Shown here: one piece after another, positions 1-22,124 of the stretch | Layout of the letters: each line of letters opens with the position of its first letter | Numbering within the stretch: the first letter of the stretch is position 1 | Source: a virus | UHGV virus genome: UHGV-0122608 | DNA: 22,124 nucleotides | Reading direction: 5' to 3' (one strand) | Notes under the pieces: model-generated | Databases searched by the model: none | Seen by the model: only the letters and a program-made list of their open reading frames with translations | What the model was told of the DNA's origin: nothing | Translations under genes and position numbers: made by a program

Positions 1-6
1 TTTTAA

Positions 7-2071
<2,065 letters not shown>

Positions 2072-2112
2072 TCATGAATGAACCACTATTTGAACTGTCT
2101 TTATGTGGTAGT

Positions 2113-7098
<4,986 letters not shown>

Positions 7099-7161
7099 TT
7101 GATTAATTCCTTATAGTGAAACGGGGGAATAGATCCCCCTAAGTAAAAGTATTTATAATTA

Positions 7162-7621
7162 TTATTCTACAATACCAGTAGCTAGTGGACCGCCATCTAC
7201 AGCGAGGACGAATTCACGGGTAACTACTGCATCTTTATCACCACCAGTAGTAGAAGAAGAAATAAATGCATTATAGATTGCATAGTATCCTTCGTCATGA
7301 GTACCGTCGGTGTAATAAGTGATCTTAAACTGTGCACGTTTTTGATCTTCAGCTAGTGCTAGTAGTTTAGTATGTACTGCGTTATCTGGTAGATAGTTTA
7401 CAGTTAGTGGGATATCTGGAACTGATTTAGTACCAAGTAGTTTACGGTTATAAGCACTATTAAAAGTAACTACATCAATTACTACGCTTTCTGCACCCAT
7501 AGTTGGGAATGCACCTAGTTCTGGGATAATTTCGAAATCAGTTGCAGGAATAGTAGAACCTGCGGTATATGTGCCAACTTCAACGGTAACATTAGCACCG
7601 TGCAAAAATATCAAATGCCAT
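7162..7621 (-). CDS. Major tail (tube) protein, frame-disrupted at the extreme 5' end
   Basis: The 150-aa ORF sits immediately upstream of the G/GT chaperones. The ATG at 7621-7619 with a good RBS (AAGGAAATAAAA-ATG) reads MAFDIFARC then stops; the long ORF is in another frame from 7614. The junction is a short T-run, consistent with a 1-nt indel. Intended start MAFDIF.. mirrors the start of the fibre gene (MAYDIF..). Confidence 0.55.
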
Positions 7622-7659
7622 TTTTATTTCCTTATATAGATTTAAGTTATTAAGTAAAA

Positions 7660-7684
7660 CGGGTACGTATACATCATGTACCCG
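7660..7684 (-). terminator. Candidate intrinsic terminator / attenuator between the fibre and major tail protein genes
   Basis: 7-bp GC-rich stem CGGGTAC / GTACCCG with an 11-nt loop, followed on the minus (transcribed) strand by TTTT. Lies in the 77-nt gap between the fibre stop (7699) and the major tail protein start (7621). Confidence 0.4.
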
Positions 7685-7698
7685 TGTATATTTATTTA

Positions 7699-11609
<3,911 letters not shown>

Positions 11610-11611
11610 AA

Positions 11612-11939
<328 letters not shown>

Positions 11940-11942
11940 TTA

Positions 11943-12191
11943 TTACGCCTTAATAGATAGTTGGACTACTGCTTCTGGATGAGTTTGAACTACATCTAGG
12001 TAATGATAGTTACGGATTACTACGCCTAGGCTAGAACGATAAGTAGTATCATCATAATCTACAGAAGAACCAATCCAATTACTAATAGCGACAAAGCTAA
12101 AATTTCCCATTAGAATAGTATCATCAGCTACCATAGTGCTGACGTGCAATGGCATTTCATCTAGCAACCATTGAGTATCAGCAAAACGCAT
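11943..12191 (-). CDS. Major capsid protein, C-terminal fragment (frame-shifted continuation of 12196-13851)
   Basis: 82-aa ORF directly downstream of, and in a different frame from, the capsid ORF. The capsid domain in the upstream ORF is about 50 aa too short for an HK97-fold protein. Assignment is inferred from position and length, not motif. Confidence 0.4.
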   Translation of the reverse strand: MRFADTQWLLDEMPLHVSTMVADDTILMGNFSFVAISNWIGSSVDYDDTTYRSSLGVVIRNYHYLDVVQTHPEAVVQLSIKA

Positions 12192-12195
12192 ACCT

Positions 12196-13851
12196 TCAGC
12201 TAGTGCAATTCCGGCTAGTATTCGATAGGAATGGAGTCTGACGCAATTTAGCGTAGGTTACTGGACTAACGATAGCGATACAATCACGGGATTTAACGTT
12301 AGCAGTTAGTAGTTTTGCAAATGCTGCTTCGATATCGGAATCTGCGATAACACCGGAAGCTGCGGTTTCTACTTTAGAAGCTTGTGCTTCAACAACGTCA
12401 ACTACTGCTTTTTCTAGAGAAACAGCTACGTTTTCTAGTAGAACATCGGTGATGTAACGTTCGATATTAGGACTAGATAGGATTAGGCTACGGGTTAGTG
12501 GAATTGAACCAGCAAATAGTTTTGGACGCATAACGATTTGATCGAAAGATGCAACGGATTCTTCAATCGCCTGACCTTCTTCATAGAATTTGAAGGATGC
12601 TTTAGAATCGATACCAGTTAGACGTGGAATAGTAAATTCACGGTTGGTCATACCAGAATAAACTTTAACACCCATACGACCTAGGATTGAATCTGGAAGT
12701 AGTGGTTGGATAAAATCATCTGCATAGTTAGTTTGAATTGCACCTGCTGCGGTAACAGTGGTGGTATTTGCACGAGCTTGTGCTAGTTCACCAGCTTGTA
12801 GGGTAAAACCACGTTGACCTTGTTCTAGATTTTCTAGAGCGGATTTATCACCTTTAATTGCTTTAGCTAGTGCTTCGATAGTACGGACTTGTTGAGTCAT
12901 TTTGTCTTCCTTAATATTAAGTTTATTATGTTTTTGTGTCTCGATTTCACGTTTAAAATCTTCGACGCTTACGTTATTATTTATTGCTTCAGTACTGTCA
13001 ATATTAAAAACTTTAGCAATACTTTCAATTTCACGAATACGGGATTGATTCAATTCTTCAGCTTTAGCATCTTCAATTGCTTTCAATTCTGCATTAATGT
13101 TATTTAGTTCTTTTTCAACTTCCATTTTACGACGAGCTTTATCAAGTGAGCGTTTAGCTTCTTCTAGTTCGCGTTCTTCTGGTAGTTCTTCTTTTTCTTC
13201 ATCTTCTTTAGATTCAGATTCAATTTCACGCACTTCTGTTTCTTCAACTTCAACCGCTTTTTCTTCGGTTTCTACTGCTTCAACTTCTTCGCGTTCAACT
13301 TTATTTTCTTCGTCCATGACAATTTCCTTAAGTTGTTCACTATTTTTATTTATGCTTCGACCAACACCTACTTTATTGTCGGCAGGACAACTAACCATAC
13401 TTAATTCATATGGTTCGATCTTAGTTACCATTAGATTATTACCTTCAAAATAATAATCACGAATGTTATAACCGAAAGATACTTTAGTTAGTACGCCTTC
13501 TTTTACTTGTTGATACTTCTGATCTGCAAATCCAGTAGCACTAAAACGGACGCTTGCACGTCCTACGCGGTCTGAATCAATTCGAGCATTCTCGACTACA
13601 CCGATTAACCAATCCATATTGTGATTATATAGGAGTGGTGCACCTGTATTTAGTCGAGTAAGGTCTACGCTATCAGGAGTAGTAACAAGAATTTCATTGT
13701 AGATTTGTCCGTTGATTTCACGTTCTACGGGTTGCTCTGACATAAAGGCAATTTCTACTACGCGTGAATCATCATCAATAGAATTATTAATACTTTGAAT
13801 ATTAATTTCACGCGTCTGTTTCATCGCTTCCAGTTTTATTTGATTGCTCAT
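12196..13851 (-). CDS. Prohead protease - scaffold - major capsid protein fusion (HK97-type)
   Basis: 551 aa. N-terminal ~170 aa resemble the HK97-family prohead protease (..LLYNHNMDWLIGVVENARIDSD..ASVRFSATGFADQ..VSFGYNI). The middle ~130 aa are an extremely Glu/Lys-rich coiled coil (EEVEAVETEEKAVEVEETEVREIESESKEDEEKEE..), scaffold or delta-domain like. The C-terminal ~250 aa are capsid-like. Follows the portal as expected. Confidence 0.8.
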   Translation of the reverse strand: MSNQIKLEAMKQTREINIQSINNSIDDDSRVVEIAFMSEQPVEREINGQIYNEILVTTPDSVDLTRLNTGAPLLYNHNMDWLIGVVENARIDSDRVGRASVRFSATGFADQKYQQVKEGVLTKVSFGYNIRDYYFEGNNLMVTKIEPYELSMVSCPADNKVGVGRSINKNSEQLKEIVMDEENKVEREEVEAVETEEKAVEVEETEVREIESESKEDEEKEELPEERELEEAKRSLDKARRKMEVEKELNNINAELKAIEDAKAEELNQSRIREIESIAKVFNIDSTEAINNNVSVEDFKREIETQKHNKLNIKEDKMTQQVRTIEALAKAIKGDKSALENLEQGQRGFTLQAGELAQARANTTTVTAAGAIQTNYADDFIQPLLPDSILGRMGVKVYSGMTNREFTIPRLTGIDSKASFKFYEEGQAIEESVASFDQIVMRPKLFAGSIPLTRSLILSSPNIERYITDVLLENVAVSLEKAVVDVVEAQASKVETAASGVIADSDIEAAFAKLLTANVKSRDCIAIVSPVTYAKLRQTPFLSNTSRNCTS

Positions 13852-13913
13852 CTATATTTACTTCCTTGTTTTGTTGTTTTTCCTTTTCAACCTGTAATAA
13901 TACAACGGCCGGG

Positions 13914-15812
<1,899 letters not shown>

Positions 15813-15822
15813 ATATATTTCC

Positions 15823-16689
15823 TTAACGTTTGAAATAGTTCTTACCAGTACTCTTAGTTTGTACAAAACCAAACTTCTTACGTGCATGTACTGGTTGTTC
15901 TATATATTTATCTTCATCTATATTTACTTCTGAAGTATCTATATCTTTTTTATCTTCTATCTTTTTGCGTTGATTTGCATCATATATACGTAGTTCGGCA
16001 AATGGATTATTACCTAATGTACTTAAACGCCACTCAATTGCTACTAAAGCATACGCAAGACAATCTAACATTTCGTTACGGTCTAGATTGCTCTTACTCT
16101 TTTTCTCCCATACATAGCGACCACCTTTGAATACTCGTTTCTCACTGGTCAACTGAATGAAATAATCGTCGGGTAGATTACCACTGAAATAGATATTAGT
16201 ACCGAATGATCCCGCTTCATCATGTATTGCCTGTTGTACTAACTTCATAATTGTATTTTTACTTTCACAACTATTAAGTATGATTAGTTCTTTACCACCT
16301 GCTTTACTTTTCTTGAATAATTCCTGTGTACCATTACCTTTAATTGGTCTTAGTAGTTTTTCGCCATAAGCATTGTACTTATTACAGATACGATAGATTG
16401 TATGTGTAGCGTTACCGTTACCTGAGTCTATGAAGTTACCAAAATTACGTAATGGCTTACCTGATACAGTCTTGAATGGATACTTTAGATAACGTGCCAA
16501 TTCTTCATATGCTGGTGATTCTACTTTAGTAGTATCTACTGCACTGAATATACGATGATCTAATACATAAACCTTCTTCTTATTGTCAGTAATACCTAAT
16601 GTAGTAGTCTCGATCCTATCTAATTGTTGATCGCTGCCTGTGAAAATTCCGGATAACATCATCGGGGATATGTTTAATATCAAAATCAA
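15823..16689 (-). CDS. Terminase large subunit, C-terminal (nuclease) fragment
   Basis: 288-aa ORF, third of three frame-separated pieces that together span ~1.97 kb (~640 aa) between the small terminase and the portal. Acidic motif ..NEMLDCLAYALVAIE.. is typical of terminase RNase-H-like nuclease C-termini. Confidence 0.7.
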   Translation of the reverse strand: MILILNISPMMLSGIFTGSDQQLDRIETTTLGITDNKKKVYVLDHRIFSAVDTTKVESPAYEELARYLKYPFKTVSGKPLRNFGNFIDSGNGNATHTIYRICNKYNAYGEKLLRPIKGNGTQELFKKSKAGGKELIILNSCESKNTIMKLVQQAIHDEAGSFGTNIYFSGNLPDDYFIQLTSEKRVFKGGRYVWEKKSKSNLDRNEMLDCLAYALVAIEWRLSTLGNNPFAELRIYDANQRKKIEDKKDIDTSEVNIDEDKYIEQPVHARKKFGFVQTKSTGKNYFKR

Positions 16690-16742
16690 AATCTCTTAGG
16701 TTCTCTAAAATAGTTAAATCGATTTGTTTATTGGCTTCATCT

Positions 16743-17168
16743 TCATATGGTAAACCGTAATGATGTATTATAAAAAGTTTGAAGGTCAAAGTTTGCAAAA
16801 CTATCACTAAAATCTTGTACAATCTTTTCGATAGTAGTTAGTGGACTATAAAGACGTGATATATGAAAGCCTGCATAGTCTGTTACTTCGGGACGTGTCG
16901 CAATCCAACGACCATTAGCTACGGCAGTATGGCGTTGTGCTTCGGTGAATGGTTTATCACACTTAGGACAATGTAACTTTGCACCCTTCGATACTGCAAT
17001 CTTCTTACCGTTCTTAGGATCTACAGTCCAGGTGAAGCGAACGTTAGCCCATACAATTTCATGTTCATGATTACAGTGCGGACAAGGTACAAAATACTTA
17101 CGTTGATCACTCTTAGACCATTCAACCATTACGGGGTCAGTTGGATGTACTGGCGTTGATGCACTCAT
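16743..17168 (-). CDS. Terminase large subunit, middle fragment
   Basis: 141-aa ORF with a Cys/His-rich segment (CPHCNHEH..HCPKCDKPF). Separated from the flanking fragments by frame changes at about 17168-17176 and 16689-16743. Confidence 0.65.
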   Translation of the reverse strand: MSASTPVHPTDPVMVEWSKSDQRKYFVPCPHCNHEHEIVWANVRFTWTVDPKNGKKIAVSKGAKLHCPKCDKPFTEAQRHTAVANGRWIATRPEVTDYAGFHISRLYSPLTTIEKIVQDFSDSFANFDLQTFYNTSLRFTI

Positions 17169-17175
17169 AATCAGA

Positions 17176-17793
17176 CTATCGGCAAACGATGCACCGACGC
17201 TGATTAGCTAGTGCAATCGGATCACCTTCTTCAGTTTCTACTGCACCCGATATCTCATCGAGGAATAGATACTTTGTAGTGACACTACGTAGCGTAGCTG
17301 GTGCACCTAACGAGGCAAAGTAAATCATAGTACCATCTTTCATCTCGATCTGGTTCTGGTCGTTCACGGCGTTCTTGTCGGTCTTACGTGTCACTAAGTT
17401 TTCCAGTACTGGACACTGTTTGATACCTTGTTCAAATACACCCGTTTTATATTTCTTCTTCATCTCACCAGTGATTGAAGCATGTAACATATTTGATGGG
17501 TTATTATGCATCAGATAGTAAGATGCATATGTCAGTATTGAAGTCTTGAGGATCTGAGCACTAGAAACAAATACAGTTTTACGAATGCTTGGATTTACAA
17601 TTATATCGAGGGGATCACGTTGGAAGGGAAACAAGCGTACAGGACTCCCATTCATTGGCCCCGACACGAATTTAATGTTCTCTTCGGTCCATTCACTTGG
17701 AAGGATCTTGCGAGGTGGAATTATCGCCTGATTCGCCTGACTGAATATCTTCGTTAGTTTCGTCTTTAAATCTTTCTTCATATTTGAAATCAC
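17176..17793 (-). CDS. Terminase large subunit, N-terminal (ATPase) fragment
   Basis: 205-aa ORF immediately after the Nu1-like gene. Contains ..KYLFLDEISGA.. (Walker-B-like hhhhDE). The first ~33 codons overlap the small terminase 3' end, so the true start is probably an internal Met. Confidence 0.7.
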   Translation of the reverse strand: MISNMKKDLKTKLTKIFSQANQAIIPPRKILPSEWTEENIKFVSGPMNGSPVRLFPFQRDPLDIIVNPSIRKTVFVSSAQILKTSILTYASYYLMHNNPSNMLHASITGEMKKKYKTGVFEQGIKQCPVLENLVTRKTDKNAVNDQNQIEMKDGTMIYFASLGAPATLRSVTTKYLFLDEISGAVETEEGDPIALANQRRCIVCR

Positions 17794-18214
17794 CTAGTTC
17801 TAATAATTTATCATCTATATATTCTTGTAGTTTGTTTTTAATAGCCATGCCATCATCACCAACCTTTGATAGTTCCATATATGCCTGTACTGGTAGAGTA
17901 CGGAATGATTGACGTATACGTGAACAATATGCAGCCAGTTCATCAGCTACTTCATTTACATAAACTACTTCACCAATGGTCAGTTTAGTTTCAATTTCTT
18001 GTTGGTCCGCACGGGCTTTAGTGAGTCGGATTTCTTCGCGTAGTTTTTCACTTTTCAGTGCTGGGTCGCTCTTACGCAGTGGTGTGATTTTATTCTCTAC
18101 TACCCACTTAAAAACATCGGCATCTGGTGCGGATAGGTCTAATCCTTCCGTTTGCCAACGACTAATAACAGACATGTCATATCCATATATCAGTACTAAA
18201 TCTTTTAACATCAT
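17693..18214 (-). CDS. Terminase small subunit, lambda Nu1-like (N-terminal winged HTH)
   Basis: 173 aa. N-terminus MMLKDLVLIYGYDMSVISRWQTEGL.. parallels recalled lambda Nu1 (..KKQLADIFGASIRTIQNWQEQGMP..), followed by ..KLREEIRLTKARADQQE.. versus Nu1 ..KLRREVEELR..RLTRAQADAQE... First gene of the packaging operon, with an AAAGGT RBS. Confidence 0.7.
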   Translation of the reverse strand: MMLKDLVLIYGYDMSVISRWQTEGLDLSAPDADVFKWVVENKITPLRKSDPALKSEKLREEIRLTKARADQQEIETKLTIGEVVYVNEVADELAAYCSRIRQSFRTLPVQAYMELSKVGDDGMAIKNKLQEYIDDKLLELGDFKYEERFKDETNEDIQSGESGDNSTSQDPSK

Positions 18215-18278
18215 GATAGTTTTTACCTTTTAATTGTTTGTTAAACTTTGATTATTTTTTATATAAAAAAAAGAGATC

Positions 18279-18459
<181 letters not shown>

Positions 18460-18501
18460 CATTAGTCAACACGCAAAACAATCAACAATGTGACAATCAA
18501 G

Positions 18502-20538
<2,037 letters not shown>

Positions 20539-20539
20539 A

Positions 20540-20631
<92 letters not shown>

Positions 20632-20648
20632 CTTATCAGTTTATATTT

Positions 20649-20689
<41 letters not shown>

Positions 20690-20690
20690 G

Positions 20691-20806
<116 letters not shown>

Positions 20807-20807
20807 A

Positions 20808-20841
<34 letters not shown>

Positions 20842-20842
20842 A

Positions 20843-21179
<337 letters not shown>

Positions 21180-21203
21180 GTAGTGTCGAAATCGTACATT
21201 TTT

Positions 21204-21253
<50 letters not shown>

Positions 21254-21281
21254 TAGAGTATACAGTTTGCCGCATTTGATT

Positions 21282-22057
<776 letters not shown>

Positions 22058-22124
22058 AGACTGGCCCCTTGAATCTCCAGACAACCAGTATCACTTAAAT
22101 AAGTGATAGTCTTAATACTAGTTT

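Noticed and set aside
13097-13453. Plus-strand 118-aa Ser-rich ORF (..SSSSRSSGSSSFSSSS..)
   Set aside because: It is the antisense reading of the Glu-rich (GAA/GAG-repeat) scaffold segment of the capsid gene; a low-complexity mirror artefact with no RBS.

Overview
AT-rich window (roughly mid-30s % GC by eye; not computed). Positions 7-18214 are a single minus-strand, lambda-like siphovirus morphogenesis block, read right to left: Nu1-like small terminase, large terminase, portal, a fused prohead protease-scaffold-HK97-type capsid gene, connector proteins, a very large tail fibre with a self-cleaving C-terminal chaperone, major tail protein, G/GT chaperones with a slippery A-run, an 800-aa tape measure, minor tail proteins (M/L/K/I positions) and a J-like host-specificity gene that reaches the left edge. 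At least nine of these genes are frame-disrupted, while the tape measure, the main fibre ORF and the accessory gene are intact. Right of the packaging genes sits a divergently transcribed P2 Old-like nuclease gene (18600-20420, + strand; ABC-type ATPase plus Toprim), followed by a 30-bp perfect palindrome, three small acidic ORFs of unknown function and a non-canonical tRNA-like cloverleaf. Independent of gene content, the palindromic octamer CAGTACTG occurs 12 times where well under one is expected. No integrase, lysis genes, CRISPR array or canonical tRNA were recognised. Protein identifications rest on by-eye recall of family motifs and on synteny; no searches were run.
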